A stretch of DNA of 64,000 nt from Candidatus Falkowbacteria bacterium. GTDB taxonomy: Bacteria; Patescibacteriota; Patescibacteriia; UBA11705; JACRDX01. The notes beneath the pieces were generated by a model, which was given only the letters and a program-made list of their open reading frames with translations, made no database searches and was not told the DNA's origin. This document shows, in pieces, positions 1-10,533 of this stretch. The first letter of the stretch is position 1. Every line of letters begins with the position of its first letter. Both the position numbers and the translations under genes were made by a program. The stretch is taken from NCBI GenBank assembly GCA_043798985.1, contig JAZDOE010000008.1:2332-66331 (forward strand). Direction: 5' to 3'.

Positions 1-1002
1 GCCGCGCACGCGAGTCAAACCAGAAAGCTCGCCTGACTTTTCGTATCTATAAACTGTACCACACTCTGCCCAGCGTAATGGTAAATCCCGATATGACCAC
101 ATTTGAGATTTGTAAGTGCGAACATGAAATGGGCAGTTCATTGGCTTTAACAAATATTCTTCTTTGGGTTTATCAACAATTTCGCCTGTTTGCGCTTCTT
201 TCAACGACAGCCCGACCTCTAATGTCGGGTACATGTTTTCATTGAAAAAATTCCAATGACCAGACGTTTCCCAAAGCTGGCGACTGCCAATATGCGGAGA
301 ACGGACAAGCGCATAACCATTTTTCAAATGTTCCTTGTACCAAAAATCTTCAATCACGCGCCAAAGCATGGCTCCTTTTGGTTTCCACATTGCTAAACCA
401 AGCCCGACAATTGGATCCAATATAAATAAATCTTTTCCAATAATTCGATGATCGCGTTTTTCTGCCTCTTCCAACATTTTCAAATAATTTGCCAGATCTT
501 CTTTTGTTTCAAACGCCAAACCATAAATACGTTGCAACATCGGTCGTTTTTCACTGCCTCGCCAATACGCGCCTGCTAATTTTTGCAATTTAAACGCTCC
601 AACATCTTTCGTTGTCTCAACATGCGGGCCGCGGCACATATCTTCAAAAACAACTTCGCCATTTTTATTCAAATTTTTATAAAAACTGATTTGTGTCTCA
701 CCTGCCGCGGCCAACTCTTCTATCATTTCTTTTTTGTATTCATTGCTATCAACTTTTTTAACCGCATCTTCAACTGACAAAAAATATTGTTCAAACATTT
801 GTTTTTCTTTAACAATATCTTTCATTAATTTTTCCAGCTTGGCCAAATCGTCTGGCGAAAAAGTTTTTCCATTTAAATCAAAATCATAATAAAAACCATT
901 GTCAATCGCAGGTCCAATCGCCAATTTTGCGTCAGGATATAATTTTAACACTGCCTGCGCGAGAACATGCGACAAAGAATGCCGTATTGTTTCGATATTC
1001 AT
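1..1002 (-). CDS. thrS: Threonyl-tRNA synthetase (5' part; runs off window start)
   Basis: Manual translation MNIETIRHSLSHVLAQAV...GPAIDNGFYYDFD...DMCRGPH...LKPMNCPFH...RYEKSGELSGLTRVR; no N-terminal TGS domain. Confidence 0.97.
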   Translation of the reverse strand, partial: MNIETIRHSLSHVLAQAVLKLYPDAKLAIGPAIDNGFYYDFDLNGKTFSPDDLAKLEKLMKDIVKEKQMFEQYFLSVEDAVKKVDSNEYKKEMIEELAAAGETQISFYKNLNKNGEVVFEDMCRGPHVETTKDVGAFKLQKLAGAYWRGSEKRPMLQRIYGLAFETKEDLANYLKMLEEAEKRDHRIIGKDLFILDPIVGLGLAMWKPKGAMLWRVIEDFWYKEHLKNGYALVRSPHIGSRQLWETSGHWNFFNENMYPTLEVGLSLKEAQTGEIVDKPKEEYLLKPMNCPFHVRTYKSQMWSYRDLPLRWAECGTVYRYEKSGELSGLTRVRG

Positions 1003-1008
1003 AAAGTT

Positions 1009-2139
1009 TTATTTTACTTGAACAAAAATTTTGTTCAGGTTGTTTGGAGTCTTCTTGACCCAAAACGGAGAAAGCTGAACATCAACATTTTCTATTTCAT
1101 CAAAATTCAATAAATATAATTGTACGCCTTTTGGCGTTAATCCAACCAACTTTGATTTGTCTAAAATGGAATTCGTTTCTTTTATAACAGTCTTCGCTTC
1201 CGCGTGAATTTTAATTTCAGCGCTTTTTGTTTTTGCGTCATATTTGCTGGTAGTATATGACAAAGAGTCTGAATCAATATCCAAAACATTGCGGTCTTCA
1301 CTCACAATTGTTTTAACCTTTGTGTTAGCAAGCGCTATGATTTGTTGTTTTTCAACCGCGATTAAACTTACTTTTTGCTTAACGCTCACGTCAAAAGAAG
1401 AAACCGCGTCGCCAATTTTGGCGCCAACAGATTCATCAATGCTCTCACGGTTCACAACGGCAATGAGAAAATTCTGACTGGCTGGCAAATTATTTGAAAA
1501 CTCCTGAATGGCCTTTGCGTCAACATCTTTGGCAATATTTTCTTTAGCTTTCACAATGTCAGCCGCCTTAACAACTTTAATTTCAGATGGCTTGTTTTTT
1601 ATCACATCTTTGCTTTCAGCGTAAATCTTATCCTGCAAACCCTGCCACAATCCCGGAATCAAGAACATTGTCGCTGGAATTTCTTTAAACGCGTCCTGAT
1701 CGTCCGCGTAAACTTGCGCTGTAATTTTTCCGCCGGCAGGAATTGTCACCTTATCTTTTAACCGCAACAAAACTTTATCAGGAGAAAGCAATCTTGTAGT
1801 CGCGACCAATGTCTGCTCCTTTGTATAATTGTTTATCAACGTGACAACGCCGACAATGTTCGTGTCTTTTGGAACTTCTGTGCCAGTTGCTTCGCCTTTG
1901 CCGCTCGTTGACACCGTTGTTTCAAAAAGCGTGCCCGAAAGCGCGTCTTTGCTGCTGCCGTCTGTGGCTATCTGACTGGAAAAATCAGTGGCAACGTTTG
2001 AAACGCGTGGTGTCACAATAATTACAGCCTTGCCCATAGAAAAAACCCCGATCAAACCAATGATGCCCGCCACAATGATTACAACCGCAACCACAGTTGA
2101 ATAATTTACTGAAAAATTTCCAAAATTGCGTTGATACAT
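1009..2139 (-). CDS. Membrane-anchored hypothetical protein (CPR-type, possibly baseplate-J-like domain)
   Basis: 376-aa ORF with one N-terminal TM helix and a TLVATTRL...FLIPGL motif recalled from CPR proteins. Confidence 0.55.
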   Translation of the reverse strand: MYQRNFGNFSVNYSTVVAVVIIVAGIIGLIGVFSMGKAVIIVTPRVSNVATDFSSQIATDGSSKDALSGTLFETTVSTSGKGEATGTEVPKDTNIVGVVTLINNYTKEQTLVATTRLLSPDKVLLRLKDKVTIPAGGKITAQVYADDQDAFKEIPATMFLIPGLWQGLQDKIYAESKDVIKNKPSEIKVVKAADIVKAKENIAKDVDAKAIQEFSNNLPASQNFLIAVVNRESIDESVGAKIGDAVSSFDVSVKQKVSLIAVEKQQIIALANTKVKTIVSEDRNVLDIDSDSLSYTTSKYDAKTKSAEIKIHAEAKTVIKETNSILDKSKLVGLTPKGVQLYLLNFDEIENVDVQLSPFWVKKTPNNLNKIFVQVK

Positions 2140-2204
2140 ACATTTTATATTACTTACCCCCTATCCTTTTAATTCTATCATCAACTTCAACGCGTGGCAA
2201 TATT

Positions 2205-5200
2205 CTAAAACGCGTTGGCGCCCAGAACCGCGATTATTCCTTTTTTAAGCGGTTCTGCCATTGAAACCTTAAAATTCGTCTTAACAAACTTTTCGCCAAC
2301 GCGCAAATATACGATGAAATCTCCGGGGTTAGCTAAAAATAGCTCCTTAACTTTCGCCGCAAGCTCTGGCGTGGCATTCGCAGGATAATTTATTACCACG
2401 TGTTTATCTTCATTTTTTTCCTTGTTTCGCCAAAAATTATTGGTCTTAAAATTTCCCTCATCTGCCAAAATTTTCTTTATATCCGCACGGCTTTCCTGCA
2501 AAATTTCCCAAACTTTATTGGCAATTATTCTTGGACTTTCATCCTTGTCTGTAATTTCGCCGAATACAGCAATCATTTTCCCTTCAACAAGCAACGTTGA
2601 CTTATCTTTATACAACCTAGGAAAAATGATTACCTCAACGTTTCCACTAAAATCTTCCAGCTTCAAAAAAAGCATTGGCTCGCCTTTTTTCGTAATAATC
2701 TTTTTTGTCACGCCAACGACGCCTGCAATTTTAACATGACCATCGGTAATTGTTTTTTTGATAATACTATCAATCGGCCGAACCAGCCCGCGCAATTCCT
2801 CGCCCACGCCATTAAACGGATGGTCAGAAATATACAATCCAAGAAATTCTTTTTCCCAATCCATTTTTTGCCACTTGGTCACCTCCTCTTTGATTTCCAT
2901 ATTTAGCGGCATGTATTTGATATTTGTTTTTCCTGTATTGTCGCCAAATAAACTTACCTGCGGATTATTTTGCTGTTCATCAACAAGTTTTGCATAACTT
3001 AAAATTTTATCAACATTATGAAGCAACGTATTTCTATTTGAAAAAGCATCAAACGCTCCGCTTTTAGTCAGTCCTTCAATGGACTTTTTGTTCAAATCCT
3101 TTGACTTCACGCGATTTAAAAAATCCTCCATACCAACAAATTTGCCGTGCTCTTTGCGCTCTTCTGTAATCGCCCTTACCACATTTTCGCCAACATTACG
3201 AATAGCGTTCATCCCAAAACGGATTGCTGGTTTTCCCTGCGACAAACTTTCAGCAACAACGCCAAAATTACTAAAACTTTCATTAATATCCGGCGGTAAA
3301 ATTTTTATGCCCATTTTCTTACATTCATCAATTTCACTCGCCACCCGCTCCATGTCTCCCTGATCAGAAGTCAAAAGAGCCGCCATAAATTCAGCCGGAT
3401 AATTGGATTTCAAATACGCTGTCTGGTACGCGATTAACGCGTAGCAAGCCGCGTGGCTGCGGTTAAAGCCATAACCAGCAAACGGCTCAATAAATTTGAA
3501 AACCTCTTCGGCCTGCGACTTTGAAACGCCCTTGACTATGCACCCTTTTATAAATTTCTCTTTTTGTTCTGCCAAAAGCGTGGCAATTTTTTTACCAATA
3601 GCTTTTCTTAAAATATCCGCCTCACCAAGTGAAAAGCCGGCCAAATCTCTAGACAATTGCAATAATTGTTCCTGATAAACTGCAATGCCATAAGTTTTTT
3701 CCAAAGAATTTTTCAACAATGGATGAAGATATTCAACTTTTTGCTTGCCATGCTTGCGCTTAATAAAATCTGGAATCAACTCCATCGGACCCGGACGATA
3801 CAGCGCTACCATCGCGATTAAATCTTCAAATTCGGTCGGCTTCAGCTGGCGCAAATATGAACGCATGCCATCAGATTCAAACTGAAACACGCCGGTTGTG
3901 CGGCCATCCTGAAAAAGTTTATAAGTTTTTTTGTCGGCAAGCGGAATATTATCAATGTCAACGTTGGTTTTATGAATCGCGTAAATGATTTTTGAGGCGT
4001 GTTCCAAAATCGTCAAATTTTTTAAACCCAAAAAGTCCATTTTCAAAAGCCCTAAATCTTCAATTGGATGCAAAGAATATTGGCTGATAATATTTTCGTC
4101 ATTGCCGCTGGCATATTGAAGAGGAACAAAATTATCCAGCGGTTCTGGGGCAATGACCACGCCGCAGGCGTGGACAGAAGAATGGCGCGCCGCACCTTCT
4201 ATTTTTTTTGCCAAATCAATTACGCGGCGCGCCTGCTCATCATTTTCATAAATTTCTTTGACTTCACTAATCTTAGCAACGGCCTGACTTAATGAAGTTC
4301 CGCTTGGAATTAATTTTGAAAGTTTGTCACAAAAAGAATATGGCACGTCAAGCACGCGCCCAACATCACGAATCGCGGCGCGCGCTGCCATTGTTCCAAA
4401 TGTAATAATTTGCGACACACGGTCTTTTCCATATTTTTGCTCAACATAACGCAGAACCTCATCACGCCTAATATCCGCGAAGTCAGTATCAATATCAGGC
4501 ATTGAAATTCTCTGCGGATTTAAAAACCTCTCAAAAAGCAATTCGTATTTTATCGGATCAAGATTTGTGACATTAATCAAATAAGAAACAATACTGCCTG
4601 CGGCCGATCCACGACCAGGGCCAACAACAATGCGATTATTTTTCGCCCAGTTTATAAAATCCTGAACAATCAAAAAATAACCCGCGTATCCTGTTGTTTT
4701 AATTACTGACAATTCATATTCTATCCGATCAATCACCGCCTTCTGCGCATCGGTCAACGACTTTGTCGTTGGATTAAACCCATAACGTCGCTCAACATTC
4801 GCATAACAAAGTTCTCTTAAATATTCAAATGGATCTTTCGCGCATGGAACCTCAAACGTTGGCAGTAAAATTTTTCCGAGTTCAATTTGCAAATTGCATT
4901 TGTCAGCCACCAGCATTGTGTTTTCAATAACATCCGAATGCTCACGAAAAAATCCTTCCATTTGGCTGGTCGCGAAAAAAGAAAAATCTTCTCCGAGCAT
5001 TGACAGCCTGCCCATATCGTCACGCTTTTTCTTTGTCTGCAAGCATAGCAAAACATCGTGCGCTTCAGCGTCTTCAGTATTCAAATAATGTACGTCATTT
5101 GTCGCGACAACCTTAATATTATGTTCGCGACCAAGTTCAAAAATTGTTTCATTAACCGGCTGTTGATCCGGAATGTTTGGATTATATTGAACTTCCAAAT

Positions 5201-5696
5201 AAAAATCTTCGCCAAATAAATTTTTATATTTTTCAATAATCGCAAAGACATTGCCCTTGCGCAAAATCGCGCGTGGAATTTCGCCCTGCAAACAAGCTGA
5301 CAAACACACAAGCCCCTCGCGATATTTTTCCAAAAGCGGCCAGTCTATTCTTGGCTTATAATAAAAACCCTCCAGATGCGCGAGGGTCGTCAATTTAATC
5401 AAATTTTTATAACCAACTTCATTTTTTGCCAATAAAATCACATGAAAACGCTCATTGTCAGTCATCTCTTTTCGTAAATGATCTTTGACCAAATACATTT
5501 CACAACCAATAATCGCTTTGATTCCAGCCTTTTTACATTTTTGGTAAAATTCAATCGCGCCATACATCACCCCATGGTCAGTCAACGCCATCGCTGACAT
5601 GCCATCATTTTTTGCTTTATCAACCAGCTCGCCAATTTTAGCAAGACCATCAAGCAAACTATAGTGCGAATGCACATGCAGGTGGACGAATTTCAC
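2205..5696 (-). CDS. dnaE: DNA polymerase III alpha subunit
   Basis: PHP motif HLHVHSHYSLLDG, GPGRGSAAGS, PDIDTDF, C-terminal OB fold. Confidence 0.99.
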   Translation of the reverse strand: MKFVHLHVHSHYSLLDGLAKIGELVDKAKNDGMSAMALTDHGVMYGAIEFYQKCKKAGIKAIIGCEMYLVKDHLRKEMTDNERFHVILLAKNEVGYKNLIKLTTLAHLEGFYYKPRIDWPLLEKYREGLVCLSACLQGEIPRAILRKGNVFAIIEKYKNLFGEDFYLEVQYNPNIPDQQPVNETIFELGREHNIKVVATNDVHYLNTEDAEAHDVLLCLQTKKKRDDMGRLSMLGEDFSFFATSQMEGFFREHSDVIENTMLVADKCNLQIELGKILLPTFEVPCAKDPFEYLRELCYANVERRYGFNPTTKSLTDAQKAVIDRIEYELSVIKTTGYAGYFLIVQDFINWAKNNRIVVGPGRGSAAGSIVSYLINVTNLDPIKYELLFERFLNPQRISMPDIDTDFADIRRDEVLRYVEQKYGKDRVSQIITFGTMAARAAIRDVGRVLDVPYSFCDKLSKLIPSGTSLSQAVAKISEVKEIYENDEQARRVIDLAKKIEGAARHSSVHACGVVIAPEPLDNFVPLQYASGNDENIISQYSLHPIEDLGLLKMDFLGLKNLTILEHASKIIYAIHKTNVDIDNIPLADKKTYKLFQDGRTTGVFQFESDGMRSYLRQLKPTEFEDLIAMVALYRPGPMELIPDFIKRKHGKQKVEYLHPLLKNSLEKTYGIAVYQEQLLQLSRDLAGFSLGEADILRKAIGKKIATLLAEQKEKFIKGCIVKGVSKSQAEEVFKFIEPFAGYGFNRSHAACYALIAYQTAYLKSNYPAEFMAALLTSDQGDMERVASEIDECKKMGIKILPPDINESFSNFGVVAESLSQGKPAIRFGMNAIRNVGENVVRAITEERKEHGKFVGMEDFLNRVKSKDLNKKSIEGLTKSGAFDAFSNRNTLLHNVDKILSYAKLVDEQQNNPQVSLFGDNTGKTNIKYMPLNMEIKEEVTKWQKMDWEKEFLGLYISDHPFNGVGEELRGLVRPIDSIIKKTITDGHVKIAGVVGVTKKIITKKGEPMLFLKLEDFSGNVEVIIFPRLYKDKSTLLVEGKMIAVFGEITDKDESPRIIANKVWEILQESRADIKKILADEGNFKTNNFWRNKEKNEDKHVVINYPANATPELAAKVKELFLANPGDFIVYLRVGEKFVKTNFKVSMAEPLKKGIIAVLGANAF

Positions 5697-7648
5697 AGCC
5701 TTACATCAAAGTCGCTCTCCACAACGCCCTTGAATATTACACGATTTGGACTGATTTTCGTACCAATCGCAGGAATGCTTGGCACATTTTTTGGTAATGT
5801 TAAATCAAGCGAAACATCAATGCTCGGCAAACCAATTTGTTTTTGAATAATCAATGAATAGCCCAATTGCTTCAACTGCTCCTGCCAATTTTTTCCAAAT
5901 TTATACTTTATCATTATCACTTCACTTGTCTGCGGCTCAACATTTAAAAACAAACCAACAACCTTTTTATCCAGCTCATCGCTTACAACATAATCTGTAA
6001 TCTTTTTCCCGGAAATTTGCACATCTAAAATTTCAATATCCTTTGGCAAATAAACGCGTGTCCAGCTGCGATATCGCGTGACGAGCAAATCAAACTTTCC
6101 CTGATGATCATATTTAATTTTCAATTCAGCGCTGGGATTTTCAACATTCGCAGATAGCGTATACTGAATTGAACGTTTAACAAACGGATCTGTTTTCAAC
6201 GCTGCCAAATTCGCGTCAACCACCATTAAATAATCCCCAGCCGTCTTTTTAACTAACCCTGCCCACTCGTACTTTTTTGCCACTGCCTGCTGGATCGGAT
6301 CATTAAAATAAAAAACCATTTGTTTTTGTTCAACGCTGTTTTTCAAAGCCGTCGCCAGCTCACCGATTTTTGCCAAAGGCAATTTGAACAACCGTGTTTG
6401 CAGCTCTATGCCCAATTTACCGACAATAGACTTTCTTTCCTGAAAAGCAACGCCTTTTGTTTTATAGCCATATTCAACTTCGTATTGTAAAGTGTCAGTA
6501 AAATTGTCCGCAGTAAATTTCAAACCATCTACCTCAATCGGCCCGACAATTTTCAACAGACTGGCGATCATTGTTGGCGTCACGCCGATTACTCCGTCAA
6601 ATTTTTCCACTTCGCCTTTTTCAAGCGCGTAAAATTCCTCTACTTTTTTCGCTGATTCGCTAAAATCAGGCGACCAGTTTGCGTCGCGCATAAACCATTT
6701 TGGCTGGCTCATGTATTTTTTCATTGGTTCTGGCGATGGAATATTTAATGTCGCTTCGGATTTTTTGTCCAAATTATAAATGTTATCAGTGAAAAACTTT
6801 TCAATGTCCGCGTTTAAAACTTTGACCACGCCATAAGTCCCCAAAAATCCGCCGCCTGGCCGCATTTCGCTGTTGTTCATCAATAAAAACAAGTATGTTT
6901 TTTCACGCAAATATCCTAAAAATTCCGGCAAAAAATCGCTGGCCACTCTCAATTTTCCCGTTATATCGCCCAGCAAATAAATCTCGTTGCCAAGTTCCTC
7001 GTTCGCAAAAACGCCGCGCAACCAACTGTTCTGTTGGAAATTTTCAAATTCGTGTAGCGCGACTTGCATATTGTCGTCTGTTTTTTTCAAGTCTCCGGCG
7101 ACCGAATCCAACAATGACAAAAACTCTACCTTATTCTTTTCAGACAAATCACCAAAATTCTTAATGCCAACACCAGCAACCATCATTTTCTGTCCTATAT
7201 CTGTCAAATCAAACAACACACCAGAGACGCGCCTGATAGAATCTATTGTCGTCATCACCAAATTAATTTGCTCGCTCACCATTGGCGCTTGACTCAAAAA
7301 AGATTTTTTTAAAACATTCAGCTGCGCGTTAGCCTGTTCAAAATTCTTGCCTGCCAATTGGAATTTAACCTTTGCTGTATCCAAATTAAACTTCACGGCA
7401 TCGTTTTTGCCAGATTCAAGATATGCCTGCCCAATTTTTATTTGTCCATAGCCGGTTTTGATTGCTGAATAATATGGCGCGAAATTCAATGCGGCAATTA
7501 TTAAACAAATTATTCCAACAACTAACGCTGACAAAGCGCAGTACGCTAAAATCTTAAAAAACGCCAACAAAAAATTTCGTACGCTCACAAAAGATCCGCG
7601 GCGCGCGCGCTTTACTTCGCTTAATAAATCCACATTAAACGGCTCCAT
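5693..7648 (-). CDS. DUF4012 domain membrane protein
   Basis: YLFLLMNNSEMRPGGGFLG and RDANWSPDF motifs; N-terminal TM helix. Confidence 0.85.
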   Translation of the reverse strand: MEPFNVDLLSEVKRARRGSFVSVRNFLLAFFKILAYCALSALVVGIICLIIAALNFAPYYSAIKTGYGQIKIGQAYLESGKNDAVKFNLDTAKVKFQLAGKNFEQANAQLNVLKKSFLSQAPMVSEQINLVMTTIDSIRRVSGVLFDLTDIGQKMMVAGVGIKNFGDLSEKNKVEFLSLLDSVAGDLKKTDDNMQVALHEFENFQQNSWLRGVFANEELGNEIYLLGDITGKLRVASDFLPEFLGYLREKTYLFLLMNNSEMRPGGGFLGTYGVVKVLNADIEKFFTDNIYNLDKKSEATLNIPSPEPMKKYMSQPKWFMRDANWSPDFSESAKKVEEFYALEKGEVEKFDGVIGVTPTMIASLLKIVGPIEVDGLKFTADNFTDTLQYEVEYGYKTKGVAFQERKSIVGKLGIELQTRLFKLPLAKIGELATALKNSVEQKQMVFYFNDPIQQAVAKKYEWAGLVKKTAGDYLMVVDANLAALKTDPFVKRSIQYTLSANVENPSAELKIKYDHQGKFDLLVTRYRSWTRVYLPKDIEILDVQISGKKITDYVVSDELDKKVVGLFLNVEPQTSEVIMIKYKFGKNWQEQLKQLGYSLIIQKQIGLPSIDVSLDLTLPKNVPSIPAIGTKISPNRVIFKGVVESDFDVRL

Positions 7649-8420
7649 GTTTTTTAATATATTTTATCCAACTTTTTATATGCTCACGAGTCAATTTATC
7701 AAATATGGCGCGCGCACCGCCCTTATCCGCCGACTGCCTGCGATGTAAGTGAATTACTTTCGCATCAGGAAAATAAACCACCCGTTTTCCCATTTGCCAA
7801 ATCCTACGACACAAGTCCGCGTCCTCAAAATACATGAAAAATTGTTCGTCAAACAACCCTGCCTCCATTAAAACATCTTTGCGCGCCAACCAGCAAGAAC
7901 CTTGCGCCCAGTCAATGTCGCGCGTGTCATTATGATCCCAATCAATCATCAAAAATCTGGCCAATTCTCGTTTACCCAATTTGGTTTTTCCCAAAATCGT
8001 TCTGCGGCAAAGCGGAGTTAATAATTTGTGTAATTTATAACAAGAATATTGCAAACTGCCATCTGGATTTAAAAGTTGTGGCGCAATAATTCCAACATCA
8101 TTGTGCGCTTTCAGATATTCCAGCATCTTATCTATGGCGCCCGGAAAAACAAAGATGTCAGGATTCATCAGCAAAATAAATTCACCTTTTGCGGCATTGA
8201 TCCCAATATTTGTGCCAGCCCCCATCCCTATGTTTTCTCCATTTTGGATATATCTGATTTCAGGATGAATCTCTTTCAAATATTCTTCCGCGCAATCTTG
8301 AGAATTATTATCAACAACAACTATTTCAAATGGCTCTGCAATTGCCGCTTCTTTAAGCCATTGAACACAATTTTTGATCAACCGCTTCATTTTGTAATTA
8401 ACTATCACGATAGAAATCAT
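7635..8420 (-). CDS. Glycosyltransferase family 2 (rhamnosyltransferase-like)
   Basis: ISIVIVNY, VVVDNNS, LLMNPD, FDEQFFMYFEDADLC. Confidence 0.92.
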   Translation of the reverse strand: MISIVIVNYKMKRLIKNCVQWLKEAAIAEPFEIVVVDNNSQDCAEEYLKEIHPEIRYIQNGENIGMGAGTNIGINAAKGEFILLMNPDIFVFPGAIDKMLEYLKAHNDVGIIAPQLLNPDGSLQYSCYKLHKLLTPLCRRTILGKTKLGKRELARFLMIDWDHNDTRDIDWAQGSCWLARKDVLMEAGLFDEQFFMYFEDADLCRRIWQMGKRVVYFPDAKVIHLHRRQSADKGGARAIFDKLTREHIKSWIKYIKKHGAV

Positions 8421-9394
8421 ACAAACCATTTCAACAGATCCTCCTTGTGCACACGACTAGTATGTGCGATTCTGTGACGTTTTTTCATTAATTTAGAAAA
8501 ATTTCTAAACAATTCTCTTATAGCTCGCAAATTTTTAGTTTCAAAAATCAAAACGTAAACAAATTTTAATTTTTCATACCACAAAACATTAAGAAAAAAT
8601 CTCCATTGAACAAAATTTTTGTTCAAGAGATATAAATGATTGCGATATGAATAAAAATTTACAAGATTACTTTTGCTTCTGCGATGTTTCAGTGTTTCTA
8701 ACCATGAACGCCTCCTCTTTTCACGCGCCGTACGCGCGTGATACGCAATGGCTCTACCGACGCGCCAAATCTGCCAACCACGCATTCTCATTCGCAATGA
8801 CAAATCAATGTCTTCTTGATACGAAAAAAAGTCTTCATCAAAAAATTCTTTTTCATATCGCACATCTTCCAGCGCCTCGCGCCTTAAAATCGGACAAGCA
8901 CCGGAAAAACCAAAAACCTCTTCGTCTATTTCATATTTGCCGTTATCCAACTCCCCTTGCGCAATATCTTCAACTTTATAATTCTTAAAAATTCGCAACC
9001 CAACAGAATCAATATAATTTGTTTTCTCATCGTTTTGCAAACGCAAAAGTTTTGGTGTGGCAACGCCTGCTTCCTTATGATTTTCCATGAATTGAACCAA
9101 TTGTTCAAGACATTTTGGTTCCAAAACAATATCTTGATTCAGACACAAAACATACTCGCTCTTTGTCCAATGAATTGCCTGATTATGCGCTTTCGCAAAA
9201 CCAACGTTATCCTCATGCCGCACAACTCGTATCTGCGGATAATTTTCTTTCAAAAAATCAATGGTCTTGTCCGTTGAACCATTATCAATAATCAGCAAAG
9301 AAAAATCTTTAAACGTTTGCGCCTCAAGAGAATCTAAACAACTTTTCAAAAATCTTTCTCCATTCCAAGTTACTAAATTAACGGCTAATTTCAT
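8417..9394 (-). CDS. Glycosyltransferase family 2
   Basis: IIDNGSTD, LCLNQD, FDEDFFSYQEDIDL. Confidence 0.92.
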   Translation of the reverse strand: MKLAVNLVTWNGERFLKSCLDSLEAQTFKDFSLLIIDNGSTDKTIDFLKENYPQIRVVRHEDNVGFAKAHNQAIHWTKSEYVLCLNQDIVLEPKCLEQLVQFMENHKEAGVATPKLLRLQNDEKTNYIDSVGLRIFKNYKVEDIAQGELDNGKYEIDEEVFGFSGACPILRREALEDVRYEKEFFDEDFFSYQEDIDLSLRMRMRGWQIWRVGRAIAYHARTAREKRRRSWLETLKHRRSKSNLVNFYSYRNHLYLLNKNFVQWRFFLNVLWYEKLKFVYVLIFETKNLRAIRELFRNFSKLMKKRHRIAHTSRVHKEDLLKWFV

Positions 9395-9399
9395 ATCAA

Positions 9400-10533
9400 C
9401 TATCTTACCATATCCCAAATCGCATACACAATGCCAGCCGAAAACATTATCAGCAATAAAATTTCCATTAACGCACTGCGGGACAATGCGAAAACTGGCC
9501 GCTGGTCGCCTAACTTTTTGGCTCTACGATATGCTGTCACTATCAAAATTCCGGACGCGCCAAAGCTAAAAGCGCCAACCACGCCAAGTATTGTGATAAA
9601 ATCTCTGATTCCGCTCAAAAAAAGCAAAAAAGGCACAAAAACAACCAGCAACCATGCTACTCTGTGATTTATTTTAAGGTCATATTCAAAAATCTGTTTC
9701 AAGCCAAGCCCAACACTCAAAAAACTTGTGCTCAACGTGAAAAATGCAAAAAGATTTCCCACTATTATCGCCCACCTACCAAGCGCGCTGCCCAATCCGA
9801 CCGTTGCCACTTCCGTCACATTTCCACCGCAAATCGCCAATACGGTTGCTGTAAATAAAACATAAACAACCATCGCAATCAGCCCTGCGTAGACAATTGC
9901 TTTTTTTATCAACCGCCGCTCTTCATTCAAAATTTTCTTTACTGAAAAAATCGCTCCTGTCCCGGCATACGCAAAAAGGATCACGCCATACAGCAAAAAC
10001 GTGTTGTGAAAACCAATATTCTCAAACCATGTTATTTGCGACAAAGACGACGCGCCCGCGCCAGAAATTATTAAAACAACCGAGAACACGCCAATCACCA
10101 TTATCAGCTCAATAACTTTGACCCATTTTAGGCCAAAATATAAAACAATTGATCCGGCCAACCAAAAAATAATGCTATGCCACTCTGCGTCGCCGCCCCA
10201 CATCGCGCTCAAAACCGCGCCAATAGCAATAATATATGCCAACAACGCGCCATAATTGCCAATGAAAATTGCCAAATATTCTAAATACTGCCATCCATGT
10301 CCAACATATTTTTTTACACATCCTGCGATTTGATGATCCTCCTTATTGCGCAACATCATTTCTCCTACCATCAAATGTACGAACATCACGGCAATGCCCA
10401 AAACAAAAAGAAATATCAATCCCGCGCCAAAACCAACTTTATGCACGGCAAATGGAATCCCTAAAATTCCAGCGCCGATTATGGTGCCAACAAGCGTGGC
10501 AACAGCTTCCCAAAAATTAAGCGACTTTGACAT
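9400..10533 (-). CDS. Aromatic amino acid permease family transporter
   Basis: GTIIGAGILGIP motif and about 11 hydrophobic segments. Confidence 0.85.
   Translation of the reverse strand: MSKSLNFWEAVATLVGTIIGAGILGIPFAVHKVGFGAGLIFLFVLGIAVMFVHLMVGEMMLRNKEDHQIAGCVKKYVGHGWQYLEYLAIFIGNYGALLAYIIAIGAVLSAMWGGDAEWHSIIFWLAGSIVLYFGLKWVKVIELIMVIGVFSVVLIISGAGASSLSQITWFENIGFHNTFLLYGVILFAYAGTGAIFSVKKILNEERRLIKKAIVYAGLIAMVVYVLFTATVLAICGGNVTEVATVGLGSALGRWAIIVGNLFAFFTLSTSFLSVGLGLKQIFEYDLKINHRVAWLLVVFVPFLLFLSGIRDFITILGVVGAFSFGASGILIVTAYRRAKKLGDQRPVFALSRSALMEILLLIMFSAGIVYAIWDMVR

Noticed and set aside
1009-2139. Prophage, from the baseplate-J-like protein
   Set aside because: No other phage genes; it lies between dnaE and thrS in a housekeeping run.
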